DNA of 64,000 nucleotides, taken from assembly GCA_043228905.1 (NCBI GenBank), contig JBHGNT010000014.1:10044001-10108000 (forward strand). Direction: 5' to 3'. The notes beneath the pieces were generated by a model, which saw only the letters and a list, made by a program, of their open reading frames with translations, was not told the DNA's origin and searched no databases. Below are positions 47,207 to 58,497 of the stretch, one piece after another. The stretch's first letter is position 1. Each line of letters starts with the position of its first letter. Origin of the DNA: Azolla caroliniana (taxonomy: Eukaryota; Plantae; Polypodiophyta). Made by a program: the position numbers and the translations under genes.

Positions 47207-50200
47207 CTAACCGGACTGGTTTGTCGTTACGCCCATCTGATGCCGAAGAGACCGAAAACGGTCTGCCGAAAGACACTTGGTCATTCCATCTGCGACATTG
47301 TCGGTTGTGGATATTTTCTCTAGACCGATTTTCCCTGAAATGACGCAGTCCCGAACGAAGTGATATCGAACGTCGATATGTTTGGAGGCGTTGTGGTGAA
47401 CCGGATTTTTCGACAAGGCAACAGCACCTTGACTGTCGCTGTAGACAACTGGAGCTGAGTCATGGTCGACTTGTCGAAACGTGTGAGCCAGCCGACCGAG
47501 CCACAAAGCTTCTTTTGTTGCGTCGGACGCAGCTACATATTCTGCTTCGGTCGTTGAGGTCGCTGTGCACTCCTGAAGTTTCGACTTCCACGAGATTGCT
47601 CCATTGCCGAATTTGAAGCAGTATCCGGTTGTTGATTTCCGACTGTCTATACAGCCGGCGAAATCCGAGTCGGTGTAACCGACTACGCCTGAGGTTCGGT
47701 TCGGACCGAAAAGAATGCCGTGGTCTTTTGTGCCAGCCAGATATCTGAACACATGCTTGACTGCGTTCCAATGCGATCGGCCGGGATTGTGCATAAATCT
47801 GCTAACGACTCCTACGGCGTGAGAAATATCAGGCCGTGTCGCGACCATCAGGTACATAAGGGAGCCGACTGCCGGTGCATACGGTACCGACTTCATATCT
47901 TCCCCCTCCGGACCGGATGTCGGGCAGTCTCGCTGAGAGAGCCGAAGATTCATGGGGAGCGGGGTTGAAGCAGATTTGGCTGATTGCATGTTGAAGCGTT
48001 CCAAGACACGTCCGATATAGTCGGTCTGAGACAAAAAAAGATGTCGTTTATCGCGATGCCGACTAATTTTCATGCCAAGGATGTGTCGTGCCGGACCGAG
48101 GTCCTTCATGGCAAACTTCAACCGCAGTTGCCGAACGAGATCGGCAAGTTCGCCCGCGTGGCGTCCAGAAATTAGCATGTCGTCCACGTAAATGATGAGG
48201 AAGATGGGTGATCCATCTTGAGCTGTGTTGGTAAAGAGACAATGGTCCTCATCGCTTTTTGAGAAGCTGATCGATTGGATGAAGTCGTCGAACTTCTTGT
48301 ACCATTGTCGCGGTGCCTGTTTGAGGCCGTATAGACTCTTCCTGAGTCGGTAGACTAGATGTTCTTGGCCAGTTGCCACGAAGCCTTTTGGCTGCTCCAT
48401 ATAAATTTCCTCCTCGAGATCACCATGGAGGAAGGCTGTTTTGACATCTAGCTGAATCAGCTCCAAGTTGTCGGCTGCCACTACGCCGAGCAGAAAACGA
48501 AGGGTTGTCATTTTCACCACTGGTGAAAAAATCTCGTCAAAGTCGACGCCATATTCTTGTCGGAAGCCCTTCGCAACTAATCTGGCCTTGTACTTTGGGG
48601 TGGTCGAATCAGACGTCTCTTTTAGTCGATAAACCCACTTGCAAGGAAGAGCACGTCGGTTCCTAGGTAATTCGACCAGATCCCAAGTCTTGTTTGCCCG
48701 AATGGAGTGCATTTCCGACTCCATCGCCAGATGCCAGGTGGCGGAATCGACAGATGTCGATGCTTCTTCGTAAGACGTCGGTTCGCCGGCGTCGGTGAAG
48801 AAAATTCCAGGAGAATACCTCTCCGGAGGTTGCGACAGTCTCTCGGATCGTCGAGGTATGATTGGACTGGTCGCATCGGGTATCGAGGTCGGATGGTCCG
48901 AAAGCGGATTGTTCTGCTGTGCCGAGTCGGAGTTGTCCGAGTCGGTAGTGTAAGGTTCAGCTACCCGTGAAGCTGACCGTGTGTTGAGAGCGGGGCCTTC
49001 TTGAAGGGTCGGCACATCGGAAAACGTTAGCCTTCGGACTTCGATCGGTTTTTCGACTGATGGATTCATAGCCGACTCGTTGAACACAACGTCCGAACTT
49101 CGAACGATTTGTCTGCGTTCGGGGTCCCAGAGTCGGTATCCCATTTCGCCGTCGGATCCATATCCAAGGAAAATGCATTTCCTGGACCGAGGTGCAAGTT
49201 TTCGGCGATCATCTTTCGGAATAAGGGCGTACGCCTCGCATCCGAAGATCCTCAGCTTGTCGTAATTCGGCTTACTGCCGATCCATAGTTCCTGAGGAAT
49301 TTGAAGTCCTAGAGGTCTGCTTGGCGACATATTGATTATGTGTACTACCGTGAGTAGAGCCTCTGCCCAGAAGCCATCCGACAGTCCGGAGTGTTGGAGC
49401 ATGGAAACTATCCGTTCTTGGATTGTCCGATTCATTCGTTCTGCAATCCCGTTTTGCTCCGGACTGTGTGGTGCCGTAAATTCACGTCGGATGCCGCGTT
49501 GTCGGCAGAATTTGACGAATTCTTCGGATTTGAACTCTCCCCCATTGTCTGTCCGAAAGCATTTCAGCTTTCGGTCGGTTTGATTTTCTACCATAGCGAG
49601 CCAATCTGAGAAGATCGAGAAGACCCGATCTTTGGTGCGAATTGGATAAGCCCACACCTTTCGAGTCGAATCGTCAATAAAAGTGACGAAGTAAGAGGCA
49701 CCGCCGAGAGACTGATGCGGCATTGGGCCACAGACGTCCGAGTGGACCAAATCGAGAGGTCTCGTTTCTCTTGGTGCTGATGTCGGGTGTGATGCGGCTA
49801 CTTGTTTGCCATACTGGCAATGCTCGCAGAATTGATGGTCGGAGAAGGAGAGTTTGAGGATGTATCCGGCTCTAGATAGGTGCGTGATGCCGGCCTTGCT
49901 GAGGTGTCCTAATCTTCTGTGCCATAGTGATGACACAGGAATATCCACCAAAAACAGGTTACCCTCTCTGAGCGTAACATGTAACGGATACAGGGAGTGT
50001 ATCTTGGGTCCTCTAGCAAGCAGGAGGTTCCCCCTGTGGAGTGTCCACCCTCCCGAAGAAAAACCGGCACGAATGCCGTCTTCATCTAGTTGTCCGACTG
50101 AGATCAATGGCCTTGAGAGCTCGGGTACATGTCGGACATTGTGGAGTACAAGTGTAGAGCCACCTGCAAGGTTGAGCTCTACTGTGCCGATTCTGATGAT

Positions 50201-51241
50201 GTCACAGTGTTGTGAGTTGCCGACTCGAACTGAGTTGGAGTGACGGATCGTATATTGCCGAAATTGGGATCGATGAGGAGTCACGTGAAATGACGCGCTC
50301 GAATCTAAGAGCCATGTGCTCGATTCTTCAGTGGTGAGTAGAACTTCTGATCCGACTGGATTTTCGATTGATAGTATATTCGGGTTGTCTGGTAGCACAT
50401 CAGCTGAGAAGCTGACGTAATTGATCTCCTCATGCCGGCCACTCTTCTTGTCTGATCTCTGAGACTTGTCGTTCTTGTTCTTGAGTGCGCGGCAGTCGGC
50501 TTTGATGTGTCCGGGTTTCTTGCAGTAGTTGCAGATTCGGTTATCCCGTGACTGGCTCCGTCTTCGCTGATTGTTCGGCGGTCGTGAGGAATCTCTTCCT
50601 CGTATGTTCGATCGGTCTGTCGAACCTTGTACTACATAAGCGTCGTCTGTTGAGTCTTTGGCGAAAGACTTTCTCCGAGCTGCTTCGGTCAGGATTGCGC
50701 TCGTGACTTCGGAGTATTTAACAGCCGTGGTTGACGCGTTGCACACGGTTGTGACGAAAGTTTCCCATGATGAGGGAAGGCTGCTCATGAGTATCATTGC
50801 TCTGAGTTCATCCTCGATTGCCGTCCCCTGTGACGAGATTTGGGAGCTTATGCTTTCGTACTCATTGAGGTGTGCTTGAACCGAATCGGATTCTTTCATC
50901 CGCAAGTTGTAGAGGCGCCGGATCAGAAACATCTTCGTTGCGGCGACCTTCTTTTCGTAAGTGTCCGACAGTGTTTTCCACAATTCGAATGCTGTCGTAC
51001 ACGATTGCACCGTAAAGTATACCGATTCCGATAGGTGCATCCGAATCGTGGCGCGGACGATTCTGTCCAGCTTCTGCCACTCAATTGGTTTGTATCCTTC
51101 TGGAGGTTCTTCATTTTCGATGGGATCGATTTGCCCCTTGACTATGAGATAGTCCTGCATTTGCTCCTTCCAGAAGTTGAAGTTCGATCCATCGAACTTT
51201 CGTAGACTCATTTCTGACGAGCCGGATGTTGATGCCATCAA
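47207..51241 (-). CDS. Copia gag-pol polyprotein, 1344 aa, uninterrupted
   Basis: CNYCKKPGHIKADC, WLLDSSASFH, HSDVCGP, IYVDDML, YTDSDFAG, SKHIDVRYHF. Confidence 0.95.
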   Translation of the reverse strand: MMASTSGSSEMSLRKFDGSNFNFWKEQMQDYLIVKGQIDPIENEEPPEGYKPIEWQKLDRIVRATIRMHLSESVYFTVQSCTTAFELWKTLSDTYEKKVAATKMFLIRRLYNLRMKESDSVQAHLNEYESISSQISSQGTAIEDELRAMILMSSLPSSWETFVTTVCNASTTAVKYSEVTSAILTEAARRKSFAKDSTDDAYVVQGSTDRSNIRGRDSSRPPNNQRRRSQSRDNRICNYCKKPGHIKADCRALKNKNDKSQRSDKKSGRHEEINYVSFSADVLPDNPNILSIENPVGSEVLLTTEESSTWLLDSSASFHVTPHRSQFRQYTIRHSNSVRVGNSQHCDIIRIGTVELNLAGGSTLVLHNVRHVPELSRPLISVGQLDEDGIRAGFSSGGWTLHRGNLLLARGPKIHSLYPLHVTLREGNLFLVDIPVSSLWHRRLGHLSKAGITHLSRAGYILKLSFSDHQFCEHCQYGKQVAASHPTSAPRETRPLDLVHSDVCGPMPHQSLGGASYFVTFIDDSTRKVWAYPIRTKDRVFSIFSDWLAMVENQTDRKLKCFRTDNGGEFKSEEFVKFCRQRGIRREFTAPHSPEQNGIAERMNRTIQERIVSMLQHSGLSDGFWAEALLTVVHIINMSPSRPLGLQIPQELWIGSKPNYDKLRIFGCEAYALIPKDDRRKLAPRSRKCIFLGYGSDGEMGYRLWDPERRQIVRSSDVVFNESAMNPSVEKPIEVRRLTFSDVPTLQEGPALNTRSASRVAEPYTTDSDNSDSAQQNNPLSDHPTSIPDATSPIIPRRSERLSQPPERYSPGIFFTDAGEPTSYEEASTSVDSATWHLAMESEMHSIRANKTWDLVELPRNRRALPCKWVYRLKETSDSTTPKYKARLVAKGFRQEYGVDFDEIFSPVVKMTTLRFLLGVVAADNLELIQLDVKTAFLHGDLEEEIYMEQPKGFVATGQEHLVYRLRKSLYGLKQAPRQWYKKFDDFIQSISFSKSDEDHCLFTNTAQDGSPIFLIIYVDDMLISGRHAGELADLVRQLRLKFAMKDLGPARHILGMKISRHRDKRHLFLSQTDYIGRVLERFNMQSAKSASTPLPMNLRLSQRDCPTSGPEGEDMKSVPYAPAVGSLMYLMVATRPDISHAVGVVSRFMHNPGRSHWNAVKHVFRYLAGTKDHGILFGPNRTSGVVGYTDSDFAGCIDSRKSTTGYCFKFGNGAISWKSKLQECTATSTTEAEYVAASDATKEALWLGRLAHTFRQVDHDSAPVVYSDSQGAVALSKNPVHHNASKHIDVRYHFVRDCVISGKIGLEKISTTDNVADGMTKCLSADRFRSLRHQMGVTTNQSG

Positions 51242-51905
51242 ATTCGGTTTCGGTTGACGAAGCTCGGTTCGGAGTTGACTACGAACCTTGTTGGAGTGCA
51301 GCCGGTTGGCTCACCCGATATCGTTCTAGTCGGATTTGAACCCGAGTCGGTTCGGCTTCGGAACTTGCTCGAATTGACTCCGGTAGCTTGAGGGACAGAA
51401 CCGACTGGTCTTCCCGAATGTTGCCGAGTCGGAGTGAGCCCGGTTCGCTTCGGATATATATGCCGAATACCGATTATTAAAACCGATTATCTGGACCGAT
51501 TCTGCTTCGGTTGACTGCAGCAACGAGAGAGACGGATCCAACTGATCCTCCCGAATGTCGATCAGCCAGATGAAGCACGAATTTGGGTTGTTGTATTGAG
51601 ACCGATCTGCACCGAGTGGTTACAACGAGCGGCGAGCAGCGTTTGATGACCTCTTCGGATGTCGTTTAACCGAATGGAGCACGATCGTGTCAATGTTGCA
51701 CAAGGGGATTTCACCTCGAGCGGTTACGATCACAAGGGACAGAGTACAACCTGGTGGCTTACTCCAAGCGAAGATGATCTAACGCGATGAGATGCAAGCC
51801 TCGTTTCTCTTCTTCTTCTCTCTTCTTCGAATGACGCAGGAAACCGAATGCTGTGCAGGCTGAGACGACGGCCGACAGCGGATTGAAGGACCGACTACTG
51901 TGCAA

Positions 51906-51917
51906 GCTCTGATACCA
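51906..51917 (-). promoter_or_regulatory. Element E PBS (tRNA-iMet)
   Basis: TGGTATCAGAGC. Confidence 0.92.
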
Positions 51918-52003
51918 GATGTTGAAGACAAGGTCGTCTATGCGGAAGATCAAGAAGCATTCGATTAGTGCTGAATACCTGCGTATGACAGTTTCTAGTC
52001 GTT

Positions 52004-52039
<36 letters not shown>

Positions 52040-52373
52040 ACAAAAGACTTCTTATTCCACAAAGCAATAATACAACACCCAACCTTACAAAAAGGTTACA
52101 AGGTCAATATATATAGTGACCGACTTAGGGCAACTACCATTTATGCTAATTACACAAATGGCCCAAAGGGATAGTGTGAATACGTCCATTATACACTTGT
52201 ATTCGACAACTGTTATATCTTACGCGTGTAATTAACAAAAGCGCTCTAATCGTGTAACCTACTTAAGTCGGTGTAATCGTTGAGTCATAATCCTATACCG
52301 TAATCACCCTTTGGTGAAGTGTCTCCGTGACACCTTGTGTTAGGCCTTGTCCGGTCAGAGAATAACACAGTTT

Positions 52374-52383
52374 TGGCGACCAC
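52374..52383 (+). promoter_or_regulatory. Element F PBS (tRNA-Arg(UCG) type, short)
   Basis: TGGCGACCAC 6 nt after LTR end taaca. Confidence 0.7.
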
Positions 52384-52420
52384 GATTCCTGCTTTCTCGC
52401 AGCGAACGACGGCTTAATGG

Positions 52421-54127
52421 ATGACGAGACCAACGCACGACCTGGTTACAGACCGAGCTCGACGCCTCGCCGAACGGCAAAGACGGCGTGAGACTTTCCA
52501 GCAAGCAGCGCACGAAATTCGCTCGGATCGTTCGTTCTCCAACGAGATCCGGAGAGTCGCGGAGGAATCTCTTCGGTTACAGCAAACTCGCGACCAGGAC
52601 GACGGAAGCAGTCTAAGTAGTCTCCGGGAAACCGAACGCCTCCTCGAGGCGCTGGCAAGCGGAGAAAACGAGGCAGAAGCCTTTTCAGCCTACGAATTGG
52701 ATTCCGAAGGGGGATACAGCGTGCACACGAACTACCGGAGCAGCAACGATACCCCCGGCGGCCCGGAGGACGACGGGTCGGATACTGTGCCGACTCCAGA
52801 ACCGGAACCGTTCGACCAGGGCTATCCGGAACCGCAAACGGAAGCCGTCAACCCACCAACACCGGAAGTGGAAGAAGCAAAGTCACCGACACCAACGAAA
52901 GAGCCGGCAAAGGTACCGGAAGAAGAGCCGGTGAAGGAACCGGGAAAAGAACCGGAAGTGGAACCGGAGAGAAAACCGGAAAGATATCAACAAACACCGG
53001 AGGAAGAAGAACGCTCGAAGATAGCGGAATTCGGGGTCACGTTGGAAGGACCAGCGGCACGATGGTGGCGGACGCAGGACCCGGCGACCATCACAACCTT
53101 TGCAGAATTAAAAGCAAAATTTTTGCATTTTTTCCACAAGGAGGTCGACCAAATGACGATGGTGGGCCTGTTTTATACGATCCAACAGGAGGCAGGGGAA
53201 AGCATTCCCCAATTCGTCATCCGCTTCCAACGAATGCATAGTCAGCTTGCCCGTGCACCCCCGGAGGAAGAATTACAGACGATATTTTTAAACGCACTCC
53301 GGGAACCGTTACGCACGGTGTGTACGGTGATCGACTTTCGAGGAAGCACCATTGACCAGGTCATTGACCGGGTCAGAGAAATGGAAAAGTCAAGCTCATG
53401 GCTTACACTGGGAGCACTGCAACGGGCGTTACCCACAAATGAAGATCTCCGGTTCCGGCAGGCAATTCAATGCACAATCTGCTTGAATGCCGGACACTCG
53501 GCAGTGGAGTGCACCATGCGAACCCAGTGTGTGATTTGTCAATCCAAGAGTCATACAACGGACCGGTGCGAGTATAACCTGCTAAACCGACAAGCACCAC
53601 CCGTTCGACCGATCGAGCCAAGAAGCAGCCGAGACGAAGATGAGGATCATTGGCAAAGAATGAACCGGTACCGACCGGCACAGGATGTCCGGTACGGAGA
53701 CAGACAAGAGAATGATGGCCGGTACAGGGATCGGCATGATAACTACAACCGGTATGAGCGATCGGACCGTTATTGGGAGTCCAACAGACGACACGAGCAA
53801 TACGACAGAGACCATTCCCCTGGTTACCGAAGGCACCAGGAGGACTACGGCCGATTTTACGATCCACCATGACCGGACTACCGAAATAAAAATAAGAATA
53901 ATAAGAAACGTAATTTCAAGAAAGGTGGTCACCCTAGGGACCCGAAACATGGAACCCCAAGGAGCTAACCGGCACAGAACGCACCACTCACTACGGGACC
54001 GACTCCGGCTACCAGCAATGCTGAATCCAGCAATACCCGTAAAGAGTACTGCTACTACTGCAAGCAGGAAGGCCACTACAGTAACCAGTGCCCGGCAAAG
54101 AGCTACGATAAACGACCAGCAGTTAAT
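52421..54127 (+). pseudogene. Element F gag, same frame as pol, two nonsense codons (TGA 53870, TAA 53966)
   Basis: FGVTLEGPAARWW, QQEAGESIPQF, CTICLNAGHSAVEC, CYYCKQEGHYSNQC. Confidence 0.85.
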
Positions 54128-57100
54128 ATGGTGGTTCCGGAAGTGGCGGATGTACAGCAAGTAACCACACGGTCGAAAGGCATGGCCAAAGAGTGGGAAA
54201 CACAAGAGGCCATACGAAAACAGGCGACGGAATGGGTGAAGGAAGCCAATGAAAGGAACGTCGCGGACGCGGAACGGCAAAAGGCGAATACCATAGGGAG
54301 TGCCGGCGGTAGCCACGCAGAAAACGAGACATGGCAAGCACTGCAAGAATGTCAGATCACGTTGCCATTAGGAAGATTCTTGCAGCTCGTGCCGCGATTT
54401 ACGGAAGGACTAAAAACGGTCATGACAGACGGTATAGCCCCACCGGCACCAGTCCTCTTCTCGAATCCGGAGGAGGGACCGACGGTGGTGGACACTAGTA
54501 GTCCGGTGATTACAACTATTGTCAAAGGGCACGAACTTCCCGGCACAGTAATCGATGGAGGTTCCGGGGTGAACGTAATAAGCCTCCGCACGTGTGATGC
54601 CTTGGGTATACATGAATGGGAGCCATGTCCGTTCTGGCTACGGATGGCGGATACGAGCTCTGTACGGCCGACGGGCTTAATACGGAAATTGGAAGTCACC
54701 ATAGGAGGTCATACATTTCACATCTCGGTTGTAGTGCTGCAGCTACAGGCGCAAGGCGCGTACCCACTGTTGCTGGGCAGACCATGGTTGAAAACAGCAC
54801 ACATCAAGCAAAATTGGCGGAAAAATATGATTACCTTCCGGCGCGGAAAAGCCAAGGTCCGGGTACCGACACAACCACGGACGAGCAACGGTAAGGAATG
54901 CACACCGCTGTATGCGGAATGCGTGAACATGCTTGAAGGGTTGGCAGACGACGAAGAAGCCCAGTACTTGGAGGAACACCCGAAGATCGTACCACTTTTC
55001 GAGATTGACGTGGCTGAAGCCGTAGCGCCATACTTGCTGCAGCGGGACGAAACCGAAGCCGAACCAGACAAAGATTCGATTCGAGAATTACGGCAAGCAC
55101 AGGAAGCGTTGGAACGGGAAATGGCCGTTTCCCAACGGGTAAAAACATCCCAGCTCGACGAAGTGAACCTAGGAAGCAAGGACGAATCAAAGCCGGTACA
55201 CATCGCCAAAGAAATGAAGTCGGAAGATAAAGCGGCGATGATCAAACTTCTCACAGAGTTTCGCGACGTATTCGCCTGGTCATACGAAGACATGCGAGGG
55301 TTGGACCCTCAATTATATCAGCATCAGATCCACTTAGGCAAGGACACGAAACCAGTGGCGCAAAGACGTTACCGAATGAACCCCAACTACGCCGCCAAAG
55401 TGAAGGAGGAAATCGACAAACTCCTAAGAGTGGGCTTCATCCGACCGGTAAAGAAAGCGACGTGGCTGAGCCCCATCGTCGTCGTCCCAAAGAAGAACGG
55501 TAAAATCCGCGTGTGTGTAGATTACAGGAAACTAAATGCAGCCACAGTTACGGATGCATTCCCTCTTCCGTTCACGGATGGAGTACTGGATGCCGTCGCC
55601 GGCCATGAAGTTTATAGCTTTTTAGACGGGTTCAGCGGATACAATCAAATCCGGATGCATCCTGACGACCAGGAGAAGACAGCGTTCGTCACCGAATGGG
55701 GGGTGTTTGTGGCCGAAGTAATGATGTTCGGACTAAAAACGGCACCAGCAACTTTCCAGCGAATCATCATGGAGATCTTCGGCGAATACATTCCAGCCTT
55801 CATGCAGGTTTTCCTGGATGACTTTGCAGTCTATAGCCGGGAAAAAGACCATTTGCAGCACCTACGGTTATGCCTTGAAAAGTGTAGGTTATACCGGCTA
55901 AGCTTAAACCCAGCAAAATGCATCTTTGGGGTTTCAAGTGGATTCTTACTGGGACACATTGTAAGTAAGGAGGGCATTGCGGTCGACCCGGACAAAGTAA
56001 ACGCGATACTAGGGGCACCGGCGCCGAAAACGGCCAAAGCACTAAGCCGATTCTTAGGACAGATCTGGTGGCACAGCCGGATGCTCCGTCACTTGGCTGA
56101 CTTGGCTACACCATTACACACCGCGGTACATCGGACACCGTTCCAATGGACGGATACGGAGGATAAGGCATACAATGCCCTGAAGGTACTTTTGTCGCAA
56201 GCACCCGTCGTGCAGCCTCCGGATTGGAGCAAGGAATTTCATGTGTTCGTGGACGCTTCCGACATCGCTATCGGCAGCACCTTAATGCAACTTACGGAGC
56301 CTAAATGGTACCGGCCGGTATATTACGCCAGCCGGAAGCTGTCCCAAGCGGAGAAGAACTATTCGACGACGGAACGGGAGGCCCTGGGCATGATCTACAG
56401 TGTAACAAAGTTTCGTCATTACCTATTGGGAAGGAAGTTCTCCTTTCATGTGGATCACTCGGCGCTCCTATACTTAGTGTCCAAGGCGTCCCTGACCGGT
56501 AAGTTGGCCCGTTGGACCTTGCTGTTGCAGGAGTTCGAATTCGAGATCTTCCACCGGCCCGGTATCCAGCATGCCGTAGCAGACTACCTGAGCCGGTTAG
56601 AGTCTGGAGAATCAGGCGACGGAGTATCGGATGAATTCCCGGACGCAGAGTTATTCCGTATCACCCCGGAAACGGCAGCGGACGACACGGTGGCATCAGA
56701 AGATAGGTGGCTGACAAACATGCACCAGTTCCTAAGCACGGGCCTGCCACCGGAGGAAATGAACCGGGACGAGAGGAAACGACTGGCGGTGCAGAGCCGC
56801 AATTTCTGTCTGTTACGGGACACTCTCTACCACAAGGGAGCAGATGGAATATGGAGACGGGCAGTCCGTAGTGACGAGAAACAAGTAATCTTACGGGAAG
56901 CACACTGTGGGGTTGCCGGAGGACACTATGTCGGGGAAGCAACGGCAAGGAAAGTATGGCAGAGCGGCTTATGGTGGCCCACGACGTTAAAAGACGCCGT
57001 CAAGTATGCTAAGGAATGTGACCTATGCCAACGAATGGGCCAGCCTACGGAGCAAGCACAGATGCCACACCAACCGGTACTTCCACTAGAGCCATTCCAG

Positions 57101-58129
57101 AAGTGGGGGTTGGATTTTGTCGGACCGTTCAAGCCACCGGCAATGAGAACGGGTAATCGTTATGTCATCGTGGCAACAGATTATTGCACTAAATGGGTGG
57201 AGGCTAAGCCCTTGAGAGACAACACCGCGTCATCCACAGCAAAATTCCTGTACGAAAACATTTGGTGCCGATATGGATGTCCGATTGAATTAATCAGCGA
57301 CCAAGGAGGGCACTTCCTCGGCCAGGTAGTTGAAAGCTTAACAACGTTCTATGCCGTGGTCCATAAACGGAGCACACCGTACTACCCACAAGCGAACGGG
57401 TTAGCAGAGTCCACCAACAAAACGCTGCAGAACATTCTCCGCAAAATCGTCAATGAAAACCGGACGGACTGGGATACAAAGCTCCATAGCGCGCTATGGG
57501 CGTACCAAACGGCATACAAAACAAGTATCCGGACAACGTCATTCCGGTTAGCATTCGGCTTAGAAGCGGTCATGCCGGTGGAATTTCAGGTACCAAGCTT
57601 ACGGATCCAACTACGGGAACGGCTGAATGAAAAGGAGTCGGAGGAAATGCGGCTAGCAGCACTATGCGAACTGGAGGAGCAACGGCTGGCCAGCATCCTA
57701 CACATGGAACTAGAGCAACGACGACGGAAAGCGTTCGTTGACCGTCACCGGAAAGGTAATGAAAAGATGTTCAAAATCGGAAAGCCGGTGCTAGTATTCC
57801 AAACAAGGATGGGCAAGATGCCGGGTAAACTCCGGTTTAGATGGACAGGCCCGTATTGGCTGACACGGGAATACAACGGGTCCTATCAGTTAGGGACACT
57901 TGCCGGTGAAGTACTAGGCAAGTGGGTCAACGGATTTAGACTAAAGCCCTATAAAGGACCGATGCCAAGTAACCCGTTTATGCAGCCCACCGGCACTATA
58001 CCGGGAACCTGTCCGGGAACGGTACGGATGGAAGAAATAGACGACGGGGAACCCGTAGCAGAGGCGAAGGAAGACACGGCAACGCGTAAGGAAAACGGTA
58101 AGGGTCCGAAGGGACCTACGGATGTGTAA
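54128..58129 (+). CDS. Element F pol (PR-RT-RH-INT), stop-free; no chromodomain or archaeal RH seen
   Basis: VIDGGSGVN, FLDDF, FVDASD, HCGVAGGH...CDLC, GLDFVGP, SDQG, AESTN, WTGPY. Confidence 0.95.
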   Translation: MVVPEVADVQQVTTRSKGMAKEWETQEAIRKQATEWVKEANERNVADAERQKANTIGSAGGSHAENETWQALQECQITLPLGRFLQLVPRFTEGLKTVMTDGIAPPAPVLFSNPEEGPTVVDTSSPVITTIVKGHELPGTVIDGGSGVNVISLRTCDALGIHEWEPCPFWLRMADTSSVRPTGLIRKLEVTIGGHTFHISVVVLQLQAQGAYPLLLGRPWLKTAHIKQNWRKNMITFRRGKAKVRVPTQPRTSNGKECTPLYAECVNMLEGLADDEEAQYLEEHPKIVPLFEIDVAEAVAPYLLQRDETEAEPDKDSIRELRQAQEALEREMAVSQRVKTSQLDEVNLGSKDESKPVHIAKEMKSEDKAAMIKLLTEFRDVFAWSYEDMRGLDPQLYQHQIHLGKDTKPVAQRRYRMNPNYAAKVKEEIDKLLRVGFIRPVKKATWLSPIVVVPKKNGKIRVCVDYRKLNAATVTDAFPLPFTDGVLDAVAGHEVYSFLDGFSGYNQIRMHPDDQEKTAFVTEWGVFVAEVMMFGLKTAPATFQRIIMEIFGEYIPAFMQVFLDDFAVYSREKDHLQHLRLCLEKCRLYRLSLNPAKCIFGVSSGFLLGHIVSKEGIAVDPDKVNAILGAPAPKTAKALSRFLGQIWWHSRMLRHLADLATPLHTAVHRTPFQWTDTEDKAYNALKVLLSQAPVVQPPDWSKEFHVFVDASDIAIGSTLMQLTEPKWYRPVYYASRKLSQAEKNYSTTEREALGMIYSVTKFRHYLLGRKFSFHVDHSALLYLVSKASLTGKLARWTLLLQEFEFEIFHRPGIQHAVADYLSRLESGESGDGVSDEFPDAELFRITPETAADDTVASEDRWLTNMHQFLSTGLPPEEMNRDERKRLAVQSRNFCLLRDTLYHKGADGIWRRAVRSDEKQVILREAHCGVAGGHYVGEATARKVWQSGLWWPTTLKDAVKYAKECDLCQRMGQPTEQAQMPHQPVLPLEPFQKWGLDFVGPFKPPAMRTGNRYVIVATDYCTKWVEAKPLRDNTASSTAKFLYENIWCRYGCPIELISDQGGHFLGQVVESLTTFYAVVHKRSTPYYPQANGLAESTNKTLQNILRKIVNENRTDWDTKLHSALWAYQTAYKTSIRTTSFRLAFGLEAVMPVEFQVPSLRIQLRERLNEKESEEMRLAALCELEEQRLASILHMELEQRRRKAFVDRHRKGNEKMFKIGKPVLVFQTRMGKMPGKLRFRWTGPYWLTREYNGSYQLGTLAGEVLGKWVNGFRLKPYKGPMPSNPFMQPTGTIPGTCPGTVRMEEIDDGEPVAEAKEDTATRKENGKGPKGPTDV

Positions 58130-58497
58130 GATCACATACCGTCATTAAAAAAAAAAAAAAAAAAAAAAAATCATTAAAAATCGAGGTATGAACGGACGTG
58201 AAAGCAAGGAGCGAAAAGGTACGTAGTGGGCGTTTAAGAGCCGCCACATTACTTAATACTAAATTGGTACACGACGTGCGCATGCTCGAAAAAGGCGCCA
58301 AGACGCACAGAGAAAAAGAAGAACGCATGGAGACCTTTTTTTTTCGCGAGCCAAGAAGCACAGAAGCACCAAGGCAGTGGAAGCTTAGCAAACGCGAACC
58401 TGCACTCAGAGAACCCCCACGTTCGGAACGCTCTCTCTCTCGCTCTCACTCTCATCACCACTCCACCTCGCCATCTTTCCTCGACCTCGAAGCAGAC

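Larger units (their letters stand above)
46723..52208 (-). mobile_element. Element E: young full-length Ty1/Copia
   Basis: LTRs 46723-47013 and 51920-52208 appear to differ only in (GA)n(CA)n length; TSD ACTGT at 46718-46722 and 52209-52213; PPT GGGGGAG at 47014-47020. Confidence 0.97.

Noticed and set aside
53870-53968. Programmed stop read-through between F gag and pol
   Set aside because: Two in-frame stops (TGA, TAA) upstream of the last zinc knuckle are better explained as C>T decay of CGA and CAA
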